From Candidatus Daviesbacteria bacterium (lineage in GTDB: Bacteria; Patescibacteriota; Microgenomatia; Daviesbacterales; UBA10151), in contig JACPZA010000010.1 in the NCBI GenBank assembly GCA_016195715.1, positions 14,307 to 78,306 on the forward strand: a stretch of DNA of 64,000 bases, read 5' to 3'. The first letter of the stretch is position 1. Each line of letters begins with the position of its first letter. Below, in pieces: positions 29,454 through 39,131 of this stretch. The notes beneath the pieces were generated by a model. The model ran no database searches and was not told the DNA's origin. It was given only the letters and a program-made list of their open reading frames with translations. Position numbers and translations under genes: made by a program.

Positions 29454-30362
29454 TTAATAGTTTTGAGGGGGAGCAAAGATTATAGAGTTAACTGCAAAAG
29501 AAACTCCATTGCTTGATCTGGGAATTGCTGGAATTTGAGAATCAAATTTAGCCAGCACTCTTTCAGCTTCATCTGGAAAGCCAATTTCCCTCATTCTTAG
29601 AATTCCAGCCCTGGTTAATTCAACAATCTCTATTTGAGCTTTACCAGATAATGTATGGCTTAATTTAATTGCTGGTTCAATCATTCCTCCTAGTGAAATT
29701 ATCTCAATATGGTTTTTAACTGCGGGTGTGACTGGTAACAGTTGAGCTTCATAATCAAATATTAACTGACCTCCAAAAATTATACCTGCTTCAAATTTAT
29801 CCATAAACCTAGTGAATAAAGCATCAATATCATCTGGATCTTGAGCAATAAATCTGGAGTATAATTCTCCTAAATATCTTCTCAAGGCTGGATCTTGAAC
29901 ATTTGGCAAAACTCTTCTGAAATGAGTTGGGGCTTCTAAGTTCTTTCTTCTTTTCCCTATGGGAGTATCTCTTTCTGAGCTAGCTACATCATTGCCATTT
30001 TTATCCTTGGTACCAAATTCAGGAACATCATGTTGGGCGATCATTATTTGCAACTGATCTCGGTTAATTTTTCTGCTTAGGGCTGGAAACACGTCTAAAG
30101 ATATGCTTGCTGCTTCTAACATGCCATTTGTGTGCCCAAGATTAGTTTGACGAACACCATTTGATACAAGATAAGCATAAACTGGGTCATGCCAACGATG
30201 AACTCTTCTTAAAGCTTCTTGAAACTCAACTTGTTGGCTGGGAGTTAACGCGAAATTGTAAAACTCTGTAACAGAGGGTAAAAATAAACGTCCAGTATCT
30301 TGTGATTGCTCAAGCATGTTATATAAGTTAGGTATTTTATTCAAAAAACCATTATTATTCAA
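29454..30362 (-). CDS. hypothetical protein, possible HD-domain phosphohydrolase
   Basis: It shows an H..H...HD.PE.G.D pattern (RVHRWHD ... AQHDVPEFGTKD). It lies 5 nt upstream of the ketosynthase on the same strand. Confidence 0.35.
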   Translation of the reverse strand: MNNNGFLNKIPNLYNMLEQSQDTGRLFLPSVTEFYNFALTPSQQVEFQEALRRVHRWHDPVYAYLVSNGVRQTNLGHTNGMLEAASISLDVFPALSRKINRDQLQIMIAQHDVPEFGTKDKNGNDVASSERDTPIGKRRKNLEAPTHFRRVLPNVQDPALRRYLGELYSRFIAQDPDDIDALFTRFMDKFEAGIIFGGQLIFDYEAQLLPVTPAVKNHIEIISLGGMIEPAIKLSHTLSGKAQIEIVELTRAGILRMREIGFPDEAERVLAKFDSQIPAIPRSSNGVSFAVNSIIFAPPQNY

Positions 30363-30437
30363 GAGATTTAGGCATTTTCTTACACTTTAGTCTATAGTAT
30401 TTGACAAGCATATTGATAAGATAGATAATTGTAAGGT

Positions 30438-30896
30438 ATGCTAGAAGCTATAGGATGTGCATCAGAAAGGATGTTTTGTGAGATTCTTAGTAGGGCAACT
30501 CCAAAAGGTCAAACTCCCGAGGTATTTGTTAAAAACACTTTAAGAGGAGCCACTTTAGGAGAAAAACCTATTATCAACCCATCTGACCTTTTCGTAGTTA
30601 TTGGTTGTAATGGGCAAAATAATACTATGGCTGTAGTTAAGTCATTCCCTACATCAGAAGAAGCAATACAATATACGAATCAACTAAATTCTAGTGGCGC
30701 TGAAGGTTTAGTATATCCAGCTGATCAAAAAATATTTGAAGATGCAGCTGTTTTATATCATCCAGCTACTCAAGTAGGTGAACTTTTACATATTGCCCCT
30801 ACCAAACCTGAAAAAGATAGTTGTCCATCTGTAGCTTATAGAAATCTAGCTGAAATGCTAGCTTCACCGCAACACGAAATTGTTGGTATAATTTAA
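30438..30896 (+). CDS. hypothetical protein
   Basis: It is a 152-aa ORF divergent from the HD-like gene, and no family was recognised. Confidence 0.3.
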   Translation: MLEAIGCASERMFCEILSRATPKGQTPEVFVKNTLRGATLGEKPIINPSDLFVVIGCNGQNNTMAVVKSFPTSEEAIQYTNQLNSSGAEGLVYPADQKIFEDAAVLYHPATQVGELLHIAPTKPEKDSCPSVAYRNLAEMLASPQHEIVGII

Positions 30897-30899
30897 ATC

Positions 30900-31430
30900 A
30901 TGGAAACAGCGGTTTTTGGGGGAGGGTGTTTTTGGTGTACAGAAGCAATTTTTAAAAGAGTTAGGGGAGTTGAATCTGTAACTTCTGGTTATGCTGGTGG
31001 GAGGATGGATAAGCCAAATTATTTAAAAATTGTTATGGGTGATGTAGATCACGCTGAGGTCGTTAAGATAGAGTTTAATCCAAAAATTATTTCCTATGAA
31101 GATTTATTAGATATTTTTTGGCATGTCCATGATCCTACTACTTTAAACAGGCAGGGCTATGATGTTGGGACTCAATACCGATCTGTAATTCTATACAATT
31201 CTGAGGAACAAAAAATTAAAGCTGAGGAATCTTTGAAGAAGATAAGTAAATCAGGAGAGTTTAAAGATCCAATTGTTACTAAAATTGAGGAATTAGATAA
31301 ATTTTATGATGCAGAGTCTTATCATAAAAACTTTTATGAAAATAATCCTGATAAACCTTATTGTCAACTAGTTATTGTGCCTAAAATTCAAAAGTTTTTA
31401 GAAAAATATGCTGATAGAGTTAAAAATTAA
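30900..31430 (+). CDS. msrA: peptide methionine sulfoxide reductase MsrA
   Basis: It has the GGGCFWCTE active-site motif. Confidence 0.9.
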   Translation: METAVFGGGCFWCTEAIFKRVRGVESVTSGYAGGRMDKPNYLKIVMGDVDHAEVVKIEFNPKIISYEDLLDIFWHVHDPTTLNRQGYDVGTQYRSVILYNSEEQKIKAEESLKKISKSGEFKDPIVTKIEELDKFYDAESYHKNFYENNPDKPYCQLVIVPKIQKFLEKYADRVKN

Positions 31431-31431
31431 G

Positions 31432-33219
31432 TTATCTTGTCCCGTTTAAATCAACTTTTCTAATCCGAATATTTTTGGGAGTGACTTCTACTAATTCTGT
31501 ATCATTAATATATTCAAGCGCATCTTCTAAACTCATTAGTTTAGGGGAGGTTAAATGTTCAGCTGCCTCACCTTTAGATCTGTGGTTTGTTAGATGTTTT
31601 TCTTTACAAACATTAACACTGATATCTCCTACTCTGGCACTTTGACCAACAACCTGACCCTTATAAACAGAAGTTGCAGCACCTAAAAAAAGTAAACCAC
31701 GATCTTGGACAGAGATTAATCCATAAGTTTTTGTAACACCTGTTTCATGTACAACCAGTGAGCCATTATCTCTGGCAAAAGAAGTTAAGGAATCTGGGGC
31801 AAATTCATAAAAGTTAGCACTAATTATCCCCAGTCCCTTAGAATCAGTAATAAATTCACTGCGATAGCCAAACAGTTCTTTAGTTGCGATAATAAACTCC
31901 ATTGTTACCACTCCATTTTCACTAGTCATATCTTGCAACTTGCCATGTCTTAAACCCATTTTTTGCATAACTACTCCTGAAAACTCTTCTGGAACCTCAA
32001 TATAAACCCGCTCATATGGAGTTAAAATTTTTCCATCAATCTTTTTTTCAATCACTTGAGGTCTGGAAACTTGAAACTCATAACCTTCTCTGCGCAACCT
32101 TTCTATCAAAATTGCTAAATGCAACTCACCTCGTCCAGAAACAACCCAACCTCCGTTTGGGCTATCTTCAACTCTTAGCGCGACATCATTCTCCAAAGCC
32201 CTGTATAACCTTTCCTGAATTTGGCGGGAGGTTTTAAACTCACCTTCTTTGCCTGCAAAAGGGGAAGTATTGACTCCAAAAGTCATTTTAACTGTTGGTT
32301 CCTCAATGGAAATTAAAGGCAGAGCCACTGTCTCTAAATTATCTGCAATAGTTTCTCCAATGGTAATATCCGGTACACCCGAGATAGCCACGATATCTCC
32401 AGCTAAAGCTTCTAAACAATCGACTCTTTCTAAACCTTCAAAACTCATTAAAGAAGTTAGTCGATATTTATTTTTAATTCCCTCTCTATTGATATGAATA
32501 ATCTCTTGGCCTGATCTGATTTTACCATTCATAATCCTTCCAGTTGCAATTCGGCCTTTAAAATTATCATAAGCAGTTGAGGTAATTAACATCTGCAAGG
32601 GTTTATTTTCATCACCTGATGGGGGAGGGATATATTTTAAAATTGCCTCAAAAATTGGGGTGATATCAGTCATTTGTTTTAAATCAGACTTTTCTCCAGC
32701 TAGTCCGGATTTTCCTGAAGAATAAACAATTGGAAAAAAAGCAGCTGATTCATCAGCACCTAGTTCTAAAAACAGATCAAAAGTTTTATTAATAACAAAG
32801 TCAACTCTGGCATCTGGTTTATCAATTTTATTGATCACCACAATAATTTTTAAACCCAATTTGATCGCTTGTTTTAGTACAAAGCGGGTTTGGGGCATTG
32901 GTCCCTCTTTAGCATCAACAAGTAGTAAGCAACCATCAGTTAATTTTAAAACCCGCTCAACTTCGCCGCCAAAATCAGCATGTCCTGGCGTATCCACAAT
33001 ATTAATTTTTATGCCTTTGTAATTAACTGAGGCATTTTTAGAAAAAATAGTAATTCCCCGCTCTTTTTCCAATTCATTGCTATCCATGATTAAACTAGTA
33101 TTGACTAATTCTTTTTTTAGCTTAGTTTGAGTTTGTTTAAGTAAAGCATCAACTAAGGTAGTTTTGCCGTGATCAACGTGCGCAATAATAGCGACATTTC
33201 GAATATTATTCATGACCAT
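31432..33219 (-). CDS. typA: ribosome-dependent GTPase TypA/BipA
   Basis: It has AIIAHVDHGKTTLVD and DTPGHADF motifs over 595 aa. Confidence 0.95.
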   Translation of the reverse strand: MVMNNIRNVAIIAHVDHGKTTLVDALLKQTQTKLKKELVNTSLIMDSNELEKERGITIFSKNASVNYKGIKINIVDTPGHADFGGEVERVLKLTDGCLLLVDAKEGPMPQTRFVLKQAIKLGLKIIVVINKIDKPDARVDFVINKTFDLFLELGADESAAFFPIVYSSGKSGLAGEKSDLKQMTDITPIFEAILKYIPPPSGDENKPLQMLITSTAYDNFKGRIATGRIMNGKIRSGQEIIHINREGIKNKYRLTSLMSFEGLERVDCLEALAGDIVAISGVPDITIGETIADNLETVALPLISIEEPTVKMTFGVNTSPFAGKEGEFKTSRQIQERLYRALENDVALRVEDSPNGGWVVSGRGELHLAILIERLRREGYEFQVSRPQVIEKKIDGKILTPYERVYIEVPEEFSGVVMQKMGLRHGKLQDMTSENGVVTMEFIIATKELFGYRSEFITDSKGLGIISANFYEFAPDSLTSFARDNGSLVVHETGVTKTYGLISVQDRGLLFLGAATSVYKGQVVGQSARVGDISVNVCKEKHLTNHRSKGEAAEHLTSPKLMSLEDALEYINDTELVEVTPKNIRIRKVDLNGTR

Positions 33220-33442
33220 TAATTATACATGATTTATAAATAGAATGTAACTATAGGATCTTAAATATTCCTAGGTTGTAGTTTGAGTGTAAAGCTGCCA
33301 TACTTAAGTTTAGTCTTACTGTTAATGTCAGCAATTAGAATTAATTTTCTTCAGAAATACTCTCATTAAAAGCCTAGATTGAAAAATTTAAAGGCGGTGA
33401 ATTTATATAACTAAATTATTTGTCGGTGGAATTCCTTATTCA

Positions 33443-33736
33443 ATGACCAATCAGCAGCTGGAAGAGATGTTTACCAAATTTGGCAGTGTTCAATCAGTTA
33501 AAATTATTGTTGATTTATATACTGGAAATAGTAAAGGTTTTGCTTTTGTAGAAATGGCTAGTGATGATGAAGCCCAGGAAGCTATTAAACAATTAAATGG
33601 GTTTGGAATTGAAGGTCGGAAAATGGGTGTGTCAGTAGCTAAACCAAAAGAAGATCACCAAAACAGAAGTAACTTTCGCAGTGATAACTCAAGAGGAAGT
33701 AGAAGTAATTTTTTAAGAGGAAGTAATCGAAGATAA
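33443..33736 (+). CDS. RRM-type RNA-binding protein (N-terminus likely extends upstream of this ATG)
   Basis: It has an RNP1 motif (KGFAFVEM) and a Gly/Arg/Ser tail. The RNP2-like KLFVGGIPY lies in frame upstream at 33410..33442 and has no ATG. Confidence 0.75.
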   Translation: MTNQQLEEMFTKFGSVQSVKIIVDLYTGNSKGFAFVEMASDDEAQEAIKQLNGFGIEGRKMGVSVAKPKEDHQNRSNFRSDNSRGSRSNFLRGSNRR

Positions 33737-33760
33737 CTTTTTAAAAGAAAGGAAGTAAAT

Positions 33761-34057
33761 TTGAAGCTAGTTACCAATTTTAGACAAAACCATTCCAGAA
33801 TCGTCAATCAAGAAAAATTTGAGGAAAGGGAAACTTGGCATAAACTAGTAGTTAAAGTTATTTTATGGAAGGGGGAATCATCAATTGACAGTCCCCGTAA
33901 GTTAGTTGATAAAATTACTACTAAAGAATGGCGAACATATTGCAGGCGAACTGTTAAAATTAATATTGTTCTAGGTCGAAAAATTGTTTCTGCTAATTTA
34001 AAAGAGCTTTGGAAAGTAATTAGTAAAAATAAGGGCTTTGAGGATTTAGAAAGCTAA
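33761..34057 (+). CDS. hypothetical small basic protein
   Basis: It is a TTG-start ORF of 98 aa, and no family was recognised. Confidence 0.25.
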   Translation: MKLVTNFRQNHSRIVNQEKFEERETWHKLVVKVILWKGESSIDSPRKLVDKITTKEWRTYCRRTVKINIVLGRKIVSANLKELWKVISKNKGFEDLES

Positions 34058-34759
34058 TTTTGCTAAAAAATCTATAAATATTAGAGCGATTTCTTTGTTG
34101 GCAGCCAAATTTGGATGAGAATCAAAAGGATTTACCCGACAAAAGTCTTTTCTTAATGTATTAGTAATTCCATCTGACAGTAAATTAAATAAATCAAACA
34201 CTTTTAAATTTCTTCTTCTTTCTAAAAACTGTCCGGATTTAAGCCAATCAGCAAATTCTTTTGCTTTTCTAGCATATTCTGGTTTGGTTAAAAAACTCCT
34301 AAGCGGTGGGGGAGTAAATAAAATAAATAATTTATTGGGGAATTTATCTGTTCTTTTTCTAATTTTTAAATAATTTTTTTTATAATCTTCAAGCTGAGAT
34401 TGACTGGAAATTTTTGTAACTGGGTAACAAGATTTTAAAATTATCACATCATATTTAATTAAATGACTAAAGGTATTTCTAGCAGGATTGGTAACAAGTT
34501 GAGAAAAAATTTCTGCTAGACCATCTGGGTTAGTATTATTTTTTGGGATTGCGTAATCAGTTTTAGTGATAAAGCTTTTATCATCAGTTAAACCAGTATG
34601 GTTGAAAAGTGCAAATTTATGAAAAAATAAATTATAATTATGATCCCAAAATTCAAAATCAGGTAATTTTAGTTTTAAATGCTCCCTTAAAGCGCCTTCT
34701 TTAATTAAATTCGCTCCAACAGAGTGATGTAAAAAAATAATTTTTTTAGCTGGGGACAT
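34046..34759 (-). CDS. hypothetical protein
   Basis: It is a 237-aa ORF with a codon usage typical of this genome, and no confident family was recognised. Confidence 0.4.
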   Translation of the reverse strand: MSPAKKIIFLHHSVGANLIKEGALREHLKLKLPDFEFWDHNYNLFFHKFALFNHTGLTDDKSFITKTDYAIPKNNTNPDGLAEIFSQLVTNPARNTFSHLIKYDVIILKSCYPVTKISSQSQLEDYKKNYLKIRKRTDKFPNKLFILFTPPPLRSFLTKPEYARKAKEFADWLKSGQFLERRRNLKVFDLFNLLSDGITNTLRKDFCRVNPFDSHPNLAANKEIALIFIDFLAKLAF

Positions 34760-34787
34760 AGTAGATATAATAACAAATTAGCAAAGA

Positions 34788-35132
34788 TTATTTAGAAGTT
34801 GGAATATTGGTAGGTATAGCAGCTACTTGAGTTTCAATAACATGGATTAGTTGAGGGTTAAATTCAGATCCTGGACTTTGAACATCAACATATTGTTCTT
34901 GCAGATACTGAGGTTCAATAGTTGCAGTTACGGTTCTGGAGAGTCTATTGGGTTTTGGTCTGCTAGTGCTGTTTGTCAAATGATTTTGTAGTCCTACCTC
35001 ATAACCTATTATCAGAGTTCCACTGGTGAGTACTCCTAAAATTGCTAAGGCTCCTAAAAGTCTGTTTCTTAATGGGTGATTAGAGAATTGAGTTGTTTGG
35101 GGAGGTCTTGGCCTCTCCAGGTTTCTTCTCAT
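34788..35132 (-). CDS. hypothetical membrane-anchored protein
   Basis: It is 114 aa with one TM segment and is G+C-richer than the flanks. Confidence 0.35.
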   Translation of the reverse strand: MRRNLERPRPPQTTQFSNHPLRNRLLGALAILGVLTSGTLIIGYEVGLQNHLTNSTSRPKPNRLSRTVTATIEPQYLQEQYVDVQSPGSEFNPQLIHVIETQVAAIPTNIPTSK

Positions 35133-35139
35133 AACAAAG

Positions 35140-35213
35140 CAGCGCCAGCGGGAGTCGAACCCGCGATTCCTGGGATGAAAACCCAGTGTCCTAGGCCTCT
35201 AGACGATGGCGCC
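35140..35213 (-). tRNA. tRNA-Glu (anticodon UUC)
   Basis: The reverse complement reads GGCGCCATCGTCTAGAGGCCTAGGACACTGGGTTTTCATCCCAGGAATCGCGGGTTCGACTCCCGCTGGCGCTG. It forms a cloverleaf with anticodon loop TT-TTC-AT and a Glu-type D-loop. Confidence 0.85.
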
Positions 35214-35350
35214 ATCTTTGGAATTTTAACATTTATAGCCAGCTAGTGTAAACTCAATCAGATTTTTCAGGAATTTAAATTGAATTAGGCTTGTGTTGTT
35301 GATACAATAACAACTTGCCAGCGATCTGCTTTTTACAAAATCGTTGGGTA

Positions 35351-35425
35351 CGGCCCGATAGCTCAGCGGTAGAGCAGAAGCCTTTTAAGCTTTTGGTCCA
35401 GGGTTCGAATCCCTGTCGGGTCACC
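35351..35425 (+). tRNA. tRNA-Lys (anticodon UUU), CCA encoded
   Basis: The sequence reads GGCCCGATAGCTCAGCGGTAGAGCAGAAGCCTTTTAAGCTTTTGGTCCAGGGTTCGAATCCCTGTCGGGTCACCA. It has a 7-bp acceptor stem, anticodon loop CT-TTT-AA and a GTTCGAATC T-loop. Confidence 0.9.
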
Positions 35426-35640
35426 AACGTGGACGCTCTGTCCACAAAATGCAAGAATGGATTGATACAACGGTCCAATCTCGCAGTTCGAAATACCTGG
35501 ATAGCTCCATGCCATTCCAGAGGGAAGTATAGTTAATATTATAATTTATTGCAAACTATGAGTTATAAATTTTTAGAATTTTCCAAAGAACTAAACTCTC
35601 CCTTGTAATTTAGTCAGCTAGTTATTAACCTAATATTTAC

Positions 35641-36105
35641 ATGAATACAATTTTGGTGGGAATTTTATTTTTTGTAGTGATTATTTTAAGCTTAGGATTT
35701 TTAAGAACAGAACAAATTCAAAAAAGCTCAAATGAAAGTTTATTTTTAAAGGGTCAATTACCAAGACCTGCTTTAAATGGTTTTTATAAAGGTCAAGCTC
35801 AAATTATGGGTCCTTGGAAAGGCAAAAGTTTTGATAGTTCCTCCTCATCCGGAATTAATATAATTAATACTTTTAATAATACTTCCCCAATTTTTCCATT
35901 TAAAACTTATTCTGGTAAAGCTTTGCTTGATCCTAATTTAGAAGTTTTAAAAATTGATTATAATATTTCTAGCAACCCTTTTTGGGTAAGGTTAGTTGTG
36001 GATGAGTTAGTCCAAATTGCACCCAATCAGTATTTAGGTAAAGCAATTTTAAGGTTAGTTCCCAACCTACCCTTTGGCTTAATGTATTTTAGATTAGAGA
36101 AATGA
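35641..36105 (+). CDS. hypothetical secreted/membrane-anchored protein
   Basis: It has an N-terminal TM segment over 154 aa. Confidence 0.35.
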   Translation: MNTILVGILFFVVIILSLGFLRTEQIQKSSNESLFLKGQLPRPALNGFYKGQAQIMGPWKGKSFDSSSSSGINIINTFNNTSPIFPFKTYSGKALLDPNLEVLKIDYNISSNPFWVRLVVDELVQIAPNQYLGKAILRLVPNLPFGLMYFRLEK

Positions 36106-36198
36106 ACAGTTCCTGGCCAATTATTATCTTTGTGATTTTGATAGTTTGTTTAGCTTTATTTATTGCCAACAACTCTGCTTTTAAACTTTAAATACAAT

Positions 36199-36990
36199 TT
36201 AAGGAGCTTGCCAACTCATATCATCAGGAAACTGAAAAATATTCTCGTTTCTAATTCTTAAAAGTGCTAAATAAGAAAGGAGTATAAAGTTATAAATAAC
36301 TAAAAAACCCAAATAATAAGTTCCAAAACTAGTTTGAGCTAAGGGGATTTTAGCTAAAAATAAAGTTAAAGACAGCACAAATAAAGAAAATAGTGCCACA
36401 GGGATTTGAAATATGGCAGTTTTGTTTCTAATTAGTGAATAAGAATAAACAATCCCACCCAGCGATCCAACAACTAGTAAAGTTCGGGTATGGTGATTAA
36501 TAGTTTGACCTGATGACATATCAATAAAACACAAAATTAGAAAAGCGACAATCCAACCAGAATACATTAAAATATGACTAATTGGGTGATGAAAAAGATT
36601 CATAGCTACCAACTGAGTTCGAAAAAACTCGGATTTAGTTAGCTCTGGGATAGTATAAGCTTTTAGAACAATTGAAGTGATATAAATCCCTGCTCCATAT
36701 AAAGTTAACCCAACGCAAAGTAAAAAAAGTACACTAAAAACCCAAATTTGAGTTGAAAAAACTTTAGTATTAACAAGTAAAACAACTAGCAGTGAAGCTA
36801 ACTGAGCATTAGCAATAATATTTGAGACAATATTAAAAACTGTCAGCTTAATGATCCGCTTTTTGGAAGGATGAAACTTAGAGTTCTTAGGTCGTTGCTC
36901 CATTCTTTTATCCCGAAAATAAAAGTAAAGCGGAGTATAAATTAGGATACTTAAAGTCACTCCAAACAAAGAAACTTCTTTTAGATCCAT
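36199..36990 (-). CDS. hypothetical polytopic membrane protein
   Basis: It has multiple hydrophobic helices over 263 aa. Confidence 0.45.
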   Translation of the reverse strand: MDLKEVSLFGVTLSILIYTPLYFYFRDKRMEQRPKNSKFHPSKKRIIKLTVFNIVSNIIANAQLASLLVVLLVNTKVFSTQIWVFSVLFLLCVGLTLYGAGIYITSIVLKAYTIPELTKSEFFRTQLVAMNLFHHPISHILMYSGWIVAFLILCFIDMSSGQTINHHTRTLLVVGSLGGIVYSYSLIRNKTAIFQIPVALFSLFVLSLTLFLAKIPLAQTSFGTYYLGFLVIYNFILLSYLALLRIRNENIFQFPDDMSWQAP

Positions 36991-37064
36991 AACTAATTTG
37001 TACCAAATTAATACCTCTTTGGCAACTTGTCTAAACTTAAAGCTTTCAGTAAAATTTTAAAACA

Positions 37065-38018
37065 ATGAACTTACTTGATTTAGTTATTATCTTAACTTTT
37101 TTTCTTTTTACCATTCAAAGTTTTAACAGTAACTTTTTATCAGAATTTATAAGTTTGGGAAGTTTTCTACTAGCATTTTTTATTTCTGTCGGGCTTTATG
37201 ATAAAACTAGCATTTTTTTTGAAAATTATGTTAAATTACCTCATTCGATTGCTCTAATTACCAGTTTTATTATTATTTGGTTTTTAGGAGAATTAGTTTT
37301 AGTTCTAATCTTAGAAATTATATTAAATCAACCTTTTCTGAAAAAATTTTTTCAGAAACTAAACTTTTTGAGGTTCCTACTGAGTGCAATTAGAGCTTTA
37401 ATTTTTATTGCAATTTTACTAATAGTTATAGCAAGTTTTCCTATTCAACCAAAATTAAAGCAAACTGTTACAAGTTCCAAACTTGGTTCAATAATTCTTT
37501 CTCAAACTCAAAATTTAGAGAGTCCATTTAAAAATTTACTTGGTCAAATTTCACAAGATGGATTTGGTTTTATTACTACCGAACCAGATTCTAATAAAAT
37601 AATTGATCTTGGTTTTAAAACTAATGATTTCTCACCAAATGAAAAACTAGAACAGCAAATGATAGATCTAGTTAATAAGGAAAGATCAAGCAGGGGCTTA
37701 AAAATTCTAATTTTTGATTCTAAACTGAAGGATTTGGCAAGGAAACACAGCAGTGACATGTTTGAAAGAGGCTATTTTGGACATTTTTCGCCTGAGGGAG
37801 AAGATGTTTCAGATCGGGCGGCTAAATATCAGATAAACTATTTGGTTATTGGTGAGAATTTAGCTTATGCACCTAATTTGTTACTTGCTCATAATGGATT
37901 GATGAACTCTCCTGGACATAGAGCTAATATTTTATCTAAAGACTTTGCTAAAATAGGAATTGGTATTGAAGATGGTAGTGAATTTGGTTTAATGATAACC
38001 CAGGTCTTTACGAATTGA
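37065..38018 (+). CDS. CvpA-like membrane domain fused to CAP/SCP (YkwD-like) domain
   Basis: The N-terminus has 4 TM helices like colicin V production protein. The C-terminus has GHF...GENLA...HR.NIL...GIG motifs. Confidence 0.6.
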   Translation: MNLLDLVIILTFFLFTIQSFNSNFLSEFISLGSFLLAFFISVGLYDKTSIFFENYVKLPHSIALITSFIIIWFLGELVLVLILEIILNQPFLKKFFQKLNFLRFLLSAIRALIFIAILLIVIASFPIQPKLKQTVTSSKLGSIILSQTQNLESPFKNLLGQISQDGFGFITTEPDSNKIIDLGFKTNDFSPNEKLEQQMIDLVNKERSSRGLKILIFDSKLKDLARKHSSDMFERGYFGHFSPEGEDVSDRAAKYQINYLVIGENLAYAPNLLLAHNGLMNSPGHRANILSKDFAKIGIGIEDGSEFGLMITQVFTN

Positions 38019-38019
38019 G

Positions 38020-38622
38020 ATGAAAAACCAACAAATAAAGCTGCTAGTTTTATCAATCTTAACTTTAGGTTTAAGCTCTTACTTTTTTTATCAAGGCTTG
38101 GTAGCGTCCCCTAATCTAGTTCAAAAACAACCTTCTCAAAACTTAGCTCAACTACCAAGCAGCTCAAGCGTTCTAGGCAGTAGCTCCTCAGCAAATTTGG
38201 CAAACTTAGAGCAAGTAAAGGTAACCAGAGTGATTGATGGGGATACTATTGAAGTGGAAATAAATGGAGAATTAAAAAAACTGCGTTACATTGGTGTCAA
38301 TACTCCAGAAACAGTTGATCCCAGACGTCCAGTTCAATGTTTTGGAAAAGAGGCATCAGCAGAAAATAAGCGCTTGCTTGAAGAAAAGTCGGTTTACTTG
38401 GAAAAAGATATATCTGAAACTGATAAATATGGACGATTACTACGCTATGTTTATTTACCACTTAGTGATGGGTCAGTAGTTTTTATTAATGATTATTTAG
38501 TTAGACAAGGCTTTGCCTATGCATCGACTTTTCCACCTGATGTTAAATATCAAGATAAATTTTTAGTTTCTCAAAAAGAAGCCAGTGATAATTTACGAGG
38601 TTTGTGGTTAAAATGTAAATAA
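38020..38622 (+). CDS. secreted thermonuclease (SNase-like)
   Basis: It has a signal/TM segment and RVIDGDTIEV...YIGVNTPE...YGRLLRYVY motifs. Confidence 0.8.
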   Translation: MKNQQIKLLVLSILTLGLSSYFFYQGLVASPNLVQKQPSQNLAQLPSSSSVLGSSSSANLANLEQVKVTRVIDGDTIEVEINGELKKLRYIGVNTPETVDPRRPVQCFGKEASAENKRLLEEKSVYLEKDISETDKYGRLLRYVYLPLSDGSVVFINDYLVRQGFAYASTFPPDVKYQDKFLVSQKEASDNLRGLWLKCK

Positions 38623-38625
38623 GTA

Positions 38626-39129
38626 ATGGATAAAAAATTTGCAATCCAAATAATTGGACTAGTAATATTAATTTTTGCTGGTTTTTTAATAACTAAAAAT
38701 CCGACAGTAGTAAACAATGCACTTGCACCTTTGGGTGGACCTAACCAACCAGTTAATATGGTTAAGCTTAAGGTTAAAGATGCAGTTGTGAATGCAGAAA
38801 TTGCTGATACTCAAGCTAAAAGAGCTAAAGGATTATCAGGGCGAGATAGTTTAGCTTCAGATTCAGGAATGTTATTTTTATATGAAAAGCCTGGAAATTA
38901 TATTTTTTGGATGAAAGGGATGAAATTTTCTTTGGATTTTATCTGGATTAAGGGTGATAGTGTTGTTGATTTAACTGAAAATGTTTCTCCACCACAACCT
39001 GGACAAACAGATGCTCAACTTACTAGATACCAAGCTAGCGAACCCATAGATAAAATCTTAGAAGTTAATAGTGGGTTTGTAAAACAAAAAGGTATTAATA
39101 TTAATGATAAACTATCAGTAGTTAAGTAA
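38626..39129 (+). CDS. DUF192 family protein
   Basis: It has RAKGLSGRDSL...GMLFLYEKPG...FWMKGM...LDFIWI motifs. Confidence 0.7.
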   Translation: MDKKFAIQIIGLVILIFAGFLITKNPTVVNNALAPLGGPNQPVNMVKLKVKDAVVNAEIADTQAKRAKGLSGRDSLASDSGMLFLYEKPGNYIFWMKGMKFSLDFIWIKGDSVVDLTENVSPPQPGQTDAQLTRYQASEPIDKILEVNSGFVKQKGININDKLSVVK

Positions 39130-39131
39130 AG

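Noticed and set aside
35428-35444. Hairpin GTGGAC-GCTCT-GTCCAC just after tRNA-Lys
   Set aside because: It is followed by A-run rather than T-run on the plus strand, so it could be a processing or structural element but is not a canonical intrinsic terminator.
35275-35536. ORFs of 67 and 73 aa overlapping the tRNA-Lys region on both strands
   Set aside because: They overlap a well-folded tRNA-Lys gene, so they are artefacts of ORF calling in a non-coding region.
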